A stretch of 64,000 nucleotides of DNA. Origin: Ostreococcus lucimarinus (taxonomy: Eukaryota). The notes under the pieces are model-generated. The model ran no database searches and was not told the origin of the DNA. It saw nothing but the letters and a program-made list of their open reading frames with translations. The stretch's first letter is position 1, and each line of letters starts with the position of its first letter. The position numbers and the translations under genes were made by a program. Shown one piece after another: positions 37,238 through 47,365 of this stretch. Location of the stretch: assembly GCA_000092065.1 (NCBI GenBank), contig CP000586.1; one strand, written 5' to 3'.

Positions 37238-37686
37238 GGCGGCGATTTCGGGGTCTTCATCGCCCCCGGCGCCCTGTTCGCGACGTTAAGCGATGGCGCG
37301 CGTCGGCGTCAGTCGGTCGTTCGTTTTGCGCCGCGCGGAGCGCGTCGCACGCCGCGCGCGCGCGTGATTTCGACGCGGAATCGAGATCGAGCGAATGGTC
37401 GAATGCGAATCGCGATTCTCTCGCGCGCGTCCCGCGAGCGCGTCGCCGCGCCGTCGCGCACCTCGACGTCCATCTCATCGGCTTGTTTCTTCGACACGCG
37501 CGGCATGTTGACTCGTCAAACCGAGGCGCGGCGTCTCAAAGTGTGGTGGGTACGAATCAATCGAATTGCATCGTCGGCGCGTTAGAGCGTTTGCGCTCGC
37601 GAAGGAAGGCGAGAAAACTGATGAAACGTACCCATTACGTTGGAACTTACGGTAAACGATATTACAAAAATGCGATTGATACTGCG

Positions 37687-40600
37687 CTACACGAGACGCC
37701 GGAACGCGAATTTCAGACTGGTGGCGCACGTCGAGGACGTCTTCGTCAACCGGATTTGGAAAAACATGTCCATGTTGGCTGTTCTCCCCGTTCGAATTGT
37801 TCGTAGCTCGAAAAAGTTGCCGCTGCTCGCGTGACCAGCTTGATGGAGACGAACAACGTTTGCGCTATTGTCGTTTGTTTGTCCGTCGTACCAGGAGATG
37901 ATGCCGGTCGCAAGTTCGGACCAGAGCCCGCCGCCGCACGAGTCGTTTGTGGTCGTGGGCAGAATTTGTACAACAAAGCTCCCGCCAGAATCGTCCGCCA
38001 TGTCCAAAGCGTGATTGAAACCCCAGATATTTTGCCAGGACGTGGTAAGTGTGAGATCTACCTCGAGCAGTTTCACTCTGTCGACGGCTGTTCCGATAAT
38101 GTTTGCCGGAATATGCATGCTCGACGACGCCTGCGCGGGAAACACGCGACGGAACCAGATGTGAAACGTCTGCCGTGAGTCAAGATCTTCGTTCGTGAGG
38201 AGCTGCAATCTGAGGTTCGTGCCAGCTGTGCGCCACGATCGCTTCGTTCGAAGCTTTATATACTTGTTATTTTGGCCGTGGCCCGATGCATGTAGTTGGA
38301 TCTCGTTGGCGTCATCCGAGTTCGTTCCAGAACCGTACCAAGACATCAAACCGACGTAAGACACGTGCCACAAATTTCCGCCGTTCCCGTGAGTGGATAC
38401 GTGCGCGATCTGAACGAAATAAGAGCCCGTGGACAGATGATCACCGTGTATACCCGTGTCCACCCACTCGTTGGGGACGGTTGATACGCTGACCGGAAAA
38501 TGCGACAAATCGTCCATTTCGTTCTTCGGAGGAATGCCGCCGCTTGGATGTGTCCTCTGAGGATTGGGCATAACGCGGCGGAACTTAAAAATGTACTGAG
38601 CGATATTTTTTGTCGTCCCTCCATCCACCTTCGCTTGTAATCGCAAAAGACCTTGGTCTGATCTCAAACTTTCGAGCGTTCGAAGACGGACTCGTTGACC
38701 ATTTGACGCGTGTCCGGATGCGTGAAGCTCTATTTCACTCACTTGATTGCCGTTCGTATTTTGAGCGTACCAACTCATCAAACCCGTATAAAATTCGATC
38801 CAGTTGCCACCGCCATTCGAGTGTGTGTTGACGTTGTAAATCTCTACGACATATGAACCATGTACGAGGTCGATACCGATCACGCCGGTATCGACCCAAT
38901 CATTCTTCAAGTGGAACGTCGCCGTACGAGAGAAGATGTCGCCAACGGGATCTTTCCGGTCGCTGTTGAGTCCAGAAAATGATAACTTAAACTCTTGCAC
39001 CAAGCTCTGAGAGGCCGATGGAACAGAAATCGGCTCCGGCGTTGTGAACTGGCACGCTGGACTGCACGACGGCTTGGTTGTACTTTGAGGCGCTGAGCAG
39101 GCGTGGAAGAGCTCTTTCTCGAGAAAGTACCCGTCGCTGCTATATGCCTCGCCGATAAGTGGTTCAAAGTCGAAGAGAGTTATCACTGGATCCATCCCTA
39201 GGGGCGGCTCATTTTCAGTCGGAAGCGGTTTGAGAACGACCGTGGCTCCGACGACCGTCTTCGGGATCTGCACGTACGCGCCTGCGCCCAGTGCGCTGCG
39301 TTGACACTGATTCTTCGTGTTTGACGCGTAATCCCAGTTTGTCCACATCGCGGTAAGCGATTCGGGCCCTGCGTGACAAGTTGCGCCTGATTGTTCGATC
39401 TGGAAAAACGCGTCGAAACCAGTGTAGACGTCTTGTTGCGCTGCAATTTCAGGCCCCGCGCAAACGACACCAGCGCAAAGTGCCACCCACGCATGGTCAA
39501 GTGACGCCACAGCGCCGACTTGCAAGCCAGCAATACCTCGCGCATCAAGAGAGCTGGTTGACGACACCCGAGGCTCGCCGAATCTGACAAAATTCTGCCC
39601 TTGTCCGGCCCCGAACGAAACCGTGATTGGAAATTCAACGTCCACTTGGAAATCGTAAGTTCCTGCGACTTCGGCTCGAAAGTAGTAGGGAAGACGAAAG
39701 TCTGCTTCGTAGTCCATGGCGATGAACAAACCAGGAGCGATTGCAGTAACTTTAGTTCCAGTGAGAGCGTCGTCACGCTCGAAAAACTCGCTAAGTAGTT
39801 CTCCTTCACGAAACGAAAGCTGGGCTACCTCGATGCCGAGGGAGAAACTGTACTTGAGCGTGGTCGAAGCTTGGATTCTCACATCCTTCATGTCGTTTAA
39901 CGCCGCGATGAGATCGGTGCGGAAATCGTTGAAAACTTCTTCAAACGTATCGCCACCCAGCGCAGCCTCGCCGCGCGCTCGCGCGGATGCCACACCCAGT
40001 TGGCTCGTCATCTTTGATTTGAATCCGTCGCCAGAGTTGAAAATATCGTGCAGAACGATGAGCTCTTCATAGAAGACGCGTTCCTTCGAAGATAAATCTT
40101 GCTTGAGCTCGGTCAAAAGGGCGTGCTGATCGTCGCTGAGAAGTTTTCTTCCAGTAATTTGCTCACCAAAATTTTCAATCTGCTGAACGACTCCCTTGAC
40201 ACCGGAGGCTTCGTATACGGCGTCGAACATAGCATCAAACATTCCCAAGAACGCTTGAATCACCTTCACAGCGACGCTAGGCGGGATGTCAAACTTGTCG
40301 AGCGTTTGACACAGCGCAATCGTGAATTTGGGGGTACGGATATTCAAATTGTTCGGCGAGTACGGATTATCGGACGCGAACTTGTCCGGCCACGGCATGG
40401 GAGGGGATGGACTTTCAACGTCCGACCAAAGTTGTGTCGGAATCTCGTGACAAAATCCAAACACACGTCCGAGCGCGGCGGTGTCAGAATGTATTTCCTC
40501 AACTCTCGAGTTTTCGATGAGCTCCTCGCCGGCAAACGCTCTGCGTAAGTTTTCTCGAAGATGCGCGAGGAACGCGGCCCGGTCAGCGCCGTCTTTTCCC

Positions 40601-41361
40601 CGCGCAGAGCCGAGAGTGGCGGCTGAAGATCCACCCATGACGTCGTCGAGAGCCCCTTGAATCATGCTCAAGAGTGAGTCTGCGCTCAGGTTCAACCAAG
40701 GATCCCACACCATCCCGAGCAGCCCCTTCAGTTTGTCCGGCAAGCCTCGGGCGATGTCCGGCAGCGCGAGCACCGCGTCGACGACGTCATCGAGCGCGTC
40801 GCAAACCTTGGAGTTCGAACCGATCAACTCGCACGCCGCCGTCTTCACCGTTTCGATCGACGCCGTCGGGCTCGACAGCGCGTCGACGACCCCCTTCACG
40901 CCGCAGTACGAATATCCATCGATCGCCGGCAGGTTGATGGGCACGTCAATATTCGCGTTCGGCATATCCACGTTCACCGAGTTTCCTCCGACACTCACGC
41001 ACTTCTTCATCACGCACTTCTTCACCTTCGGCAGTTGCACTCTAACCTGCGAGCCGTACACGTCGTGCAGCGACGTCTTGAACATCACCTCCGACTCCGG
41101 GCACGAGATCGCCGGCAGGTTGAACGCGCCCAGCGTCGCCGCGTCCGCGCGCGCGCGCGTCGCCGGCGCCGTCGCGAGGAACAGCGGCGAGAGGTCACCG
41201 CGTCCGCCGCGCGCGAGGCATCCGACGAGGCATCCCGCGGCGAAGGCGAGCGCGACGCCGCGCGTGACGCGTCGACCGGCGCCGCGCGCGAGGAGGGCGT
41301 CGGACGCGTCGTCGATTTCCGCGTCGTCGCCGACGGGCGCGGCGCCGTACGACGCGCGCAT
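37687..41361 (-). CDS. large secreted or membrane-anchored protein of unknown family with three C-terminal ~120-aa tandem repeats
   Basis: 1224-aa ORF from an ATG. It has an N-terminal hydrophobic segment (VALAFAAGCLVGCL), a ~800-aa globular region with scattered Cys, then three paralogous C-terminal repeats. The repeats share W(V/Q)DTG(V/I)xG…GSYxVQI…TH(S/G)NGG(G)N(L/W)W…TGLMSWY…TN…(L)HASGH…LRT. No family recognised. Confidence 0.55.
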   Translation of the reverse strand: MRASYGAAPVGDDAEIDDASDALLARGAGRRVTRGVALAFAAGCLVGCLARGGRGDLSPLFLATAPATRARADAATLGAFNLPAISCPESEVMFKTSLHDVYGSQVRVQLPKVKKCVMKKCVSVGGNSVNVDMPNANIDVPINLPAIDGYSYCGVKGVVDALSSPTASIETVKTAACELIGSNSKVCDALDDVVDAVLALPDIARGLPDKLKGLLGMVWDPWLNLSADSLLSMIQGALDDVMGGSSAATLGSARGKDGADRAAFLAHLRENLRRAFAGEELIENSRVEEIHSDTAALGRVFGFCHEIPTQLWSDVESPSPPMPWPDKFASDNPYSPNNLNIRTPKFTIALCQTLDKFDIPPSVAVKVIQAFLGMFDAMFDAVYEASGVKGVVQQIENFGEQITGRKLLSDDQHALLTELKQDLSSKERVFYEELIVLHDIFNSGDGFKSKMTSQLGVASARARGEAALGGDTFEEVFNDFRTDLIAALNDMKDVRIQASTTLKYSFSLGIEVAQLSFREGELLSEFFERDDALTGTKVTAIAPGLFIAMDYEADFRLPYYFRAEVAGTYDFQVDVEFPITVSFGAGQGQNFVRFGEPRVSSTSSLDARGIAGLQVGAVASLDHAWVALCAGVVCAGPEIAAQQDVYTGFDAFFQIEQSGATCHAGPESLTAMWTNWDYASNTKNQCQRSALGAGAYVQIPKTVVGATVVLKPLPTENEPPLGMDPVITLFDFEPLIGEAYSSDGYFLEKELFHACSAPQSTTKPSCSPACQFTTPEPISVPSASQSLVQEFKLSFSGLNSDRKDPVGDIFSRTATFHLKNDWVDTGVIGIDLVHGSYVVEIYNVNTHSNGGGNWIEFYTGLMSWYAQNTNGNQVSEIELHASGHASNGQRVRLRTLESLRSDQGLLRLQAKVDGGTTKNIAQYIFKFRRVMPNPQRTHPSGGIPPKNEMDDLSHFPVSVSTVPNEWVDTGIHGDHLSTGSYFVQIAHVSTHGNGGNLWHVSYVGLMSWYGSGTNSDDANEIQLHASGHGQNNKYIKLRTKRSWRTAGTNLRLQLLTNEDLDSRQTFHIWFRRVFPAQASSSMHIPANIIGTAVDRVKLLEVDLTLTTSWQNIWGFNHALDMADDSGGSFVVQILPTTTNDSCGGGLWSELATGIISWYDGQTNDNSANVVRLHQAGHASSGNFFELRTIRTGRTANMDMFFQIRLTKTSSTCATSLKFAFRRLV

Positions 41362-41410
41362 GGACGCGCGCGATTATGCCACGCACGCGCGCCACGCATG
41401 CGCGCCACTC

Positions 41411-42280
41411 ATGCGCGCGGCGCGACGCCTGCCCGCCCGCGCCCGCGTCGCGACCGCGTCGGCGTCGGCGTCAACGTCGTCGACGCCGCGCGCGCGCCGC
41501 GCGATGGACGTCCTGCAGTTCCCCGCGCTCGGCGACAATTACGGATTCGCGGTGCGGTGTCGGAAAACGAAAACCGTCGCGCTCGTCGACGCGCCGGACG
41601 AGGGCGCGATCGCGCGCGCGCTGTCGAGCGCGGGATGGGAATCGCCGTCGATGATTCTGAACACGCATCATCACCGGGACCACGTCGGGGCGAACGGGGG
41701 GGTGCGGGCGCGGTTTCCGGACGCGCGCGTCGTCGTCGTGGCGCCGCGCCGCGAGGCGGAGAAAATCGGAGACGTCGACGTCGCGGTGGAGGAGGGGGAC
41801 GTGGTGGAGATCGGTGACGTCAGGGCGACGGTGCGAGAGACGCCGGGACACACGCTGGGACACGTGGTGTATCACTTTGAGGAGGAGAAGAAGGTCTTCG
41901 TGGGGGACACGATGTTCGCGCTGGGATGCGGGAGGTTGTTCGAGGGGACGCCGGCGATGATGTGGGCGTCGATGCAGAAGCTATTGGCGATGTCGGACGA
42001 TACGCAGGTTTACTGCGCACACGAATACACGCAGAGCAACGCGAAGTTTGCGCTGAGCGTCGATCCGACGAACGAAGCGCTGCGCGCTCGCGCTCGGGAA
42101 ATCGACGCGCTCCGGGCGAAAGGGGAGCCGACGGTACCGACGACGATTGGATTGGAGCGTCTGACGAATCCGTTTTGCCGACCGGATAGCGCCGGCGTGC
42201 AAAACGGTGTGAACATGCTAGGCTCGAGCGATCTCGCCGCCGTGTTCGGGGCGGTGCGTAGCGCAAAGGACAACTTCTGA
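41411..42280 (+). CDS. GLO2: hydroxyacylglutathione hydrolase (glyoxalase II) with an organellar presequence
   Basis: Metallo-beta-lactamase motif ILNTHHHRDHVGAN. Further matches: ETPGHTLGHVVY; VFVGDTMFALGCGRLFEG; and C-terminal YCAHEYTQSNAKFA. The ATG at 41411 (MRAARRLPARARVATASASASTSS) is in frame inside ORF 40664..42280, which otherwise overlaps the neighbouring minus-strand gene. Confidence 0.85.
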   Translation: MRAARRLPARARVATASASASTSSTPRARRAMDVLQFPALGDNYGFAVRCRKTKTVALVDAPDEGAIARALSSAGWESPSMILNTHHHRDHVGANGGVRARFPDARVVVVAPRREAEKIGDVDVAVEEGDVVEIGDVRATVRETPGHTLGHVVYHFEEEKKVFVGDTMFALGCGRLFEGTPAMMWASMQKLLAMSDDTQVYCAHEYTQSNAKFALSVDPTNEALRARAREIDALRAKGEPTVPTTIGLERLTNPFCRPDSAGVQNGVNMLGSSDLAAVFGAVRSAKDNF

Positions 42281-42303
42281 TTACGAATCTCGAGTACATT
42301 TCT

Positions 42304-45300
42304 CTATTTGTAAAACGCGCTTTGTTCCTGAATTTGCGCCGACGACGACAACTTTTTCGAGAGCTCCGAAATCGCGTCAGGTTGTAAAAGCCCTGCCTGG
42401 ACGAGCGCGTGTTCGACTTGCGCGATGAGCGGCGCATCTTGGCCGCACACGTCAAGCAACAGCGTTCTTCGCGGCGGGATATCAATATCTTGACCGCGTT
42501 TGCCGTACACGAAGCCGTTACCGAACGGCGTTTTGTGCGCACCGACGGACGCACACGCAAACGAAGGACGACGTTTAATCGTCAGCGGCGTGTGAATCAA
42601 GGCTCTGAGGACGACGGACGTGTTGGGTCGGTGCAAGATTCGACGCAACGTCGACACTGCAGTCTCAGCGCCGGCTCCGGGTGACAGAATGACGTGTGCA
42701 AGCGCATGAATCGCCAAAGCAGCTGTAATTGGTGGTGACTCCCGTCCTGGCGTGGGATAGTCGTCCCCGGCCCAACCGCTGAGCGCTTTGTCGAGGGCGC
42801 CCGATTCGATGCTCTTGATGTAAATTTCGCGCATCGTCGGATCCGGTTCACCGCCGGGAGGAAAGAATACGTACGCCGCCGCCGGCGGTACCATGGCTTT
42901 CGCGCTCGGTAAAAGATGAAGCGCGACACCATCGCTAAGCGCAATCCATGCCGCGGCGCGAGCCTTTGGGGAGACGCGCACTCGGAGCCACATTGCAACG
43001 TGTCTCGCAAAGAGCGCGTCGCCGAAGCTTTCGCTGGCGAACGCATTTACCATAGCCGCAGCGGCAGCCGCATCTCCGGTACCTTGAGCTTGTTGAAGAG
43101 GGTCGTTCAGTCCGCCTTCGCCAGCTGAGAATGATCCCAGATCCATGCTGTACCCTCGAACGCCTTGATGATACGCCTGAATGTAATTCTTTACCATGCG
43201 ACGCCAATACAAATCGGTGAGAAGGCCGAGCGGCGCGGACACCGCGGGGTCTCTCCAAACGTTCGGTCCCATCGTATAAATCGCACCGATAGCGCTCATC
43301 TTCAACGCAGGGCGTATTGCGCGAACTCGCGGTACCTTTCCAAGTTCCATTCCCATTAAGAGCGACAAGGTGCACGCGATACCTGCCGTTCCCCAGCCTT
43401 GAATCGTCGTTCGTGGCGAACACGGCGCCAAGTACCACAGCGGGTGTCCCGGAAGCAAAGAACCCACGGCGACGCACGGACCAGGCGTTGATATCGACTT
43501 CGCCTCTGACGACGTCGTCAACTCCATAGCGAACCCTCCGAGCAACGCTTCCCTGACGATTTCGGCTGTAGGCACGAGGCTTACGGATGCTGCGACGAGG
43601 TTGACGCCTGTTTCACGAATCGCAAGCCTACCCCTTTCCTCCTCGTTCGAATCTTGTATCACGGACACGGCGTCGCCGAGAGCGTTCTTCGTCAGAGAAA
43701 GCAGCGGTTCAAGAACTCGCGTCGAGTAAATACCTGAACTGATGGCTTGGGATGCCGCGACACCAGCGCCCGGAGGTAACATGGAGATGAGACCCAACGT
43801 CGCATCCACCGTCGCCGCCGCGTCTTCTTGCAAATCACGCTTCATTCGTCGAGGTGGGCTTCCCAGAGGTGATCTTCCTATCGACGGCGCCGCATCACTT
43901 GTAAATGCTTTGTCTAAGATCTCCATAGCGATGATAAGCGCTCGCTGCAATGCCAACTTTGACGTCGCGACTATGGGATGCTCACCCATCCAAACAGTGG
44001 GATCGTCGTCTGAAGAAAAGTCGCCCGTGGGGAGTCCTCCATCGCTCACTCGCTGATCTATGGAGCCGCGCGATAAACGCGAAGGACAATCCATGCTCCC
44101 TCTTGCGGAAGCGAAGCTCGTTCTTGACGAAGAAACTCCACGACGCTTACCACCAAACTTGCGAATGATTTGCGACGCCAACGTCGTGACGGAGGACTGA
44201 TTCCAGACATCCGGAGAGACGATTGTGAGAAGTAAAATCGTTTGTAGCACTGATCCCCATGCCGATAACTCGATGTTTCTTTTACTAAATACGGATGTGC
44301 TGGAACATGCGTAAACGAGCGAATCCAAAGCCGACAGTGCAGCGCCGAGAATACCGTCGACGGACATTGCGCCGAAAGAGTCATTTGGCGAACCCAAAAC
44401 TCGTGATAACATCGGTTGAGCGTCGTTCGGGGAGCGAACAACGAGCGCGGCAAGGAATCTACCAGCGTTTACGACGGTATACAGTGCAAACGTGTCGTAG
44501 TCCCCGGAAGCGATCCAAGACTCTGCGCACTTGGCCGCCATCGTGGCGCAACGCCAAGACAATGTCTTGTCTGTGTCGATGATTTCAAGCTCAGCCGGCG
44601 GCCCGGCGTCTTCAGCAGCGCCTTCAAGTGGGAGTGACTTCGACAACGTCGTGAGTAGTGCGAAAATATCCATCGCGAGCGATTCTTCGGCGTCGTTGTT
44701 AGTCTCCATCCACGGCGCAATCAACGGGTGAATAGCATCAAACGCCGGGGTATCTAGTCCCCACGCCGAGATACCAGCCCATAATCGAAGCGTCTCACGC
44801 CAGAGCATCGCGGCGTATCCGCGAGGTCGCGGCCTTTGCTCGTTTTCCACGCCGATGCTAACACCACCGAACGTGACAGCCGCTTGGATCGCGCTCTTGA
44901 GCACGCCTTCCTTCACCAACTCCTTCGCCACGTCGGCATCAGTTTGTGAAATCAATCGTAGCACACAAACCGCATGCGCGATGCCGACAGTTGCTGGTTC
45001 CGTGGGAGAGCCACGGCTCCCACCGCCACACGAATCTTTCACTCGCGCGATCACAATTGAAACAAGACGCGGACACTTCGCCACCGCGTTGGCCGCAGCC
45101 TTGCTATGGCGCGTGAAAGCCTCGAGCAATTCGTGCGTGAACACCTCTGCCTGGGGAGTGCGCTCAACTTCGAGCAAATAACGAAGCCGTTGCAAGATTC
45201 CCATGCGTAACAACGCCGCGATCGGATCTGCGGCTTGTTCGGTCGCTTGTCTTCTTTCCATCATTTGTTTGTTCAGTCCTTCTTCGACTTGATCTGGTTC

Positions 45301-46752
45301 GTCCGCAAGCTCGACGGTGGAATCTTCAGCGAGTCGAATTTCCTCAACCGCATGCTCCCACGCAATTGGTTCAAATCCTGAACCGCCGCACGGCGCGTTT
45401 TCGGGCTCGGACCTCCATAGAGGTGATGTATAGGAAAGGTCACTCGGATCGCACGGCGCGCTGCTCTCCAGCATGTCGACGAGCCGAACCTCCAAACCAT
45501 CAACGCCGCCCACGCCGATGCCTCCGCACAGCGAACGAATCGCCGACAGAGCAGCCACCGTCGCTTGGGTTTGGGTGTCATCCAGCGCACGCCGAAGCAA
45601 CGTGATTACAGCGCAATCAACGGTGGCGTACACCCAAACACTGGCCCACGTCACGCCGTTCGGCAGACGAGGCGCGACGTCCGACTCGCCCATCGCGTCT
45701 TCGTCGGCGTCGTATGGCAATGGATCCACGGATTCGAAACTCCAGCGCCGCGCGAGCTTCAAAATCTTACCGATGATTTGTAAACCGATGGTACGTTGAC
45801 TCGCAACGCTACTTCGCGTGAGCGCGCACGCTTCTTGGAACGTGTAACCGATATCGCTACCCTCGCCCGCGCGCAACGGATCGCGCTCCGTTGGTAACGG
45901 CGCGGGCGCGGAACCCGTCGCGACGTCGACGGTCGCATCCAAAAGCGGCGACCCGTCGAGCGCGAAACGCACGTGCTCAACGCCAACTGTAGTTACTTTC
46001 TTCGTCCGAGCTGAGGCCTCGGTGGCAACATCGCTGCGATCCCGAGCGCGTTTCGGCGCCGGCGCTGTCGGCGCTGACGGCGACGCACCGACCCGTGCTT
46101 TATTCGCCCCACGATTCCGCAAAAACTCCAACGTCTTCGGATTCAGCCTCCCAGCCAATTCTTCTTGTGCCTCTTTCACCGCCGCCGGCGACATCGCCGC
46201 CAAGATGTGATCGTTCTCCTCCTGTATGCTCGCGTCCTCCTTCTCCGGGTCCACGCGCGGGAGCCTCACCGGCGCTTTTTCCGCCTCCCGCGCCTTCCCT
46301 TCGCCCGCATCGTCGCCATCACTCTTTCCTTTATCTCGCATCGCCGCCTTACGCGCCGCGTACCTCGACTTACGCCCGAAATTCGTCTCGCTTCGATGCT
46401 TCGCCTCTGGAAACCCAGTCGCCGCGCTCGCCGCGCGTCTCGCCGCCGTCGTCGCCGCGTCAATCCCGCCGCTCGCGCTCGTCTCGCGCTCGACGACGTC
46501 CCCCATGACATCCATCATCGTCGACCGCGCTCGCGGGGCGTCCTCGTCGTCGTCCGCGTCCTCGCGCGCGGTCGACGCGTCGTCGCCGCGTTCGACATCA
46601 TCCGTCGCAACCGTCTCGGGATTCCCTCGCGCGCCGTCCCCGACGCGCCGCACGCTCGCGCACGGCGCGTCGCGCGACTCGATGAACGCGCGTTCGAGCG
46701 CCTCGAGCTGTTCCTGCGTGTTCGCGCCGCGCACTCGGCGTAAATCCGCCAT
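42304..46752 (-). CDS. RPAP1-like (RNA polymerase II-associated protein 1 / Rba50-like) large protein; assignment is tentative
   Basis: The N-terminal region (ATGFPEAKHRSETNFGRKSRYAARK) recalls the RPAP1_N GFP..HRS motif. The rest is a long helical or ARM-like protein of about 1480 aa. The start is taken at the ATG at 46752 (MADLRRVRGANTQEQLEALERAF). The ORF track extends upstream to 47361 through acidic low complexity. Confidence 0.45.
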   Translation of the reverse strand: MADLRRVRGANTQEQLEALERAFIESRDAPCASVRRVGDGARGNPETVATDDVERGDDASTAREDADDDEDAPRARSTMMDVMGDVVERETSASGGIDAATTAARRAASAATGFPEAKHRSETNFGRKSRYAARKAAMRDKGKSDGDDAGEGKAREAEKAPVRLPRVDPEKEDASIQEENDHILAAMSPAAVKEAQEELAGRLNPKTLEFLRNRGANKARVGASPSAPTAPAPKRARDRSDVATEASARTKKVTTVGVEHVRFALDGSPLLDATVDVATGSAPAPLPTERDPLRAGEGSDIGYTFQEACALTRSSVASQRTIGLQIIGKILKLARRWSFESVDPLPYDADEDAMGESDVAPRLPNGVTWASVWVYATVDCAVITLLRRALDDTQTQATVAALSAIRSLCGGIGVGGVDGLEVRLVDMLESSAPCDPSDLSYTSPLWRSEPENAPCGGSGFEPIAWEHAVEEIRLAEDSTVELADEPDQVEEGLNKQMMERRQATEQAADPIAALLRMGILQRLRYLLEVERTPQAEVFTHELLEAFTRHSKAAANAVAKCPRLVSIVIARVKDSCGGGSRGSPTEPATVGIAHAVCVLRLISQTDADVAKELVKEGVLKSAIQAAVTFGGVSIGVENEQRPRPRGYAAMLWRETLRLWAGISAWGLDTPAFDAIHPLIAPWMETNNDAEESLAMDIFALLTTLSKSLPLEGAAEDAGPPAELEIIDTDKTLSWRCATMAAKCAESWIASGDYDTFALYTVVNAGRFLAALVVRSPNDAQPMLSRVLGSPNDSFGAMSVDGILGAALSALDSLVYACSSTSVFSKRNIELSAWGSVLQTILLLTIVSPDVWNQSSVTTLASQIIRKFGGKRRGVSSSRTSFASARGSMDCPSRLSRGSIDQRVSDGGLPTGDFSSDDDPTVWMGEHPIVATSKLALQRALIIAMEILDKAFTSDAAPSIGRSPLGSPPRRMKRDLQEDAAATVDATLGLISMLPPGAGVAASQAISSGIYSTRVLEPLLSLTKNALGDAVSVIQDSNEEERGRLAIRETGVNLVAASVSLVPTAEIVREALLGGFAMELTTSSEAKSISTPGPCVAVGSLLPGHPLWYLAPCSPRTTIQGWGTAGIACTLSLLMGMELGKVPRVRAIRPALKMSAIGAIYTMGPNVWRDPAVSAPLGLLTDLYWRRMVKNYIQAYHQGVRGYSMDLGSFSAGEGGLNDPLQQAQGTGDAAAAAAMVNAFASESFGDALFARHVAMWLRVRVSPKARAAAWIALSDGVALHLLPSAKAMVPPAAAYVFFPPGGEPDPTMREIYIKSIESGALDKALSGWAGDDYPTPGRESPPITAALAIHALAHVILSPGAGAETAVSTLRRILHRPNTSVVLRALIHTPLTIKRRPSFACASVGAHKTPFGNGFVYGKRGQDIDIPPRRTLLLDVCGQDAPLIAQVEHALVQAGLLQPDAISELSKKLSSSAQIQEQSAFYK

Positions 46753-46849
46753 GCGGCCGACGCGTCGGTCGCACTGCGCGACGCGAAGTGACGCGAAGCG
46801 ACGCCTCGACGTCGTCGCTCGTCGACGACGCGCGGCGCGGCGCGGCGCG

Positions 46850-47311
46850 ATGGTGTTCATCCTGGATAAGGACAAGCGCGCGAGAGACGCGGACGCGCGC
46901 GCGAGGGCGAGGTGCCAGAGGTGTCTGCGGACGGGCGTGTGGACGTACGAGTGCGGCTGCGAGGGAAAGTACGTGCGCCGCGCGAGCGCGACGGAGCGGA
47001 TGCGCGATCCCGCGAAGAGGCAGAAGTTCGCGGAGGAGCAGTTCGATGACGTGCCGGACGGCGCGGGCGTGGACGAGCGGCGGTTGAGGGCGGCGTTGGG
47101 GGAGAAGAAGAAGCGGCGGAAGAGGCGGCGGTCGAGGAGCTCGAGCTCTTCGTCGGGGTCGTCGTCGAGTTCGTCGAGTAGCGGTAGTACTAGTGGTAGC
47201 TCGACGAGTTCGTCGTCGTATTCATCGAGCTCGTCGTCGTCGAGTGGGAGCGATTCTTCGTCGAGCTCGTCGAGCTCGCGCGGGAAAAAGCGCTCGTCGA
47301 GGAAGCGATAG
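46850..47311 (+). CDS. ZCCHC10-like small protein: degenerate zinc knuckle plus poly-Ser/Lys-Arg tail
   Basis: ARCQRCLRTGVWTYECGCEGKYVRRAS matches human ZCCHC10 [22 protein letters not shown], with His replaced by Val. It is followed by KKKRRKRRRSRSSSSSSGSSSSSSSS. ATG at 46850. It is divergent from the RPAP1-like gene with a ~97-bp spacer. Confidence 0.65.
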   Translation: MVFILDKDKRARDADARARARCQRCLRTGVWTYECGCEGKYVRRASATERMRDPAKRQKFAEEQFDDVPDGAGVDERRLRAALGEKKKRRKRRRSRSSSSSSGSSSSSSSSGSTSGSSTSSSSYSSSSSSSSGSDSSSSSSSSRGKKRSSRKR

Positions 47312-47365
47312 TCTGACGGGAATTCGTCGTCTTTTCTAGCTAGTAATAACGAATGAATCACAACG

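Noticed and set aside
37687-41361. Idea that the ~50% GC repeat-protein gene is a horizontally transferred or virus-derived island
   Set aside because: Other long conserved genes in the window (SAC9, APC1, RPAP1-like, DEAH helicase, ANK-LRR-KH) have similarly low core GC. The composition is therefore not anomalous for long genes in this genome.
47160-47311. (TCG)n-rich stretch that looks like a microsatellite
   Set aside because: It is coding. It encodes the poly-Ser tail of the ZCCHC10-like protein and is imperfect.
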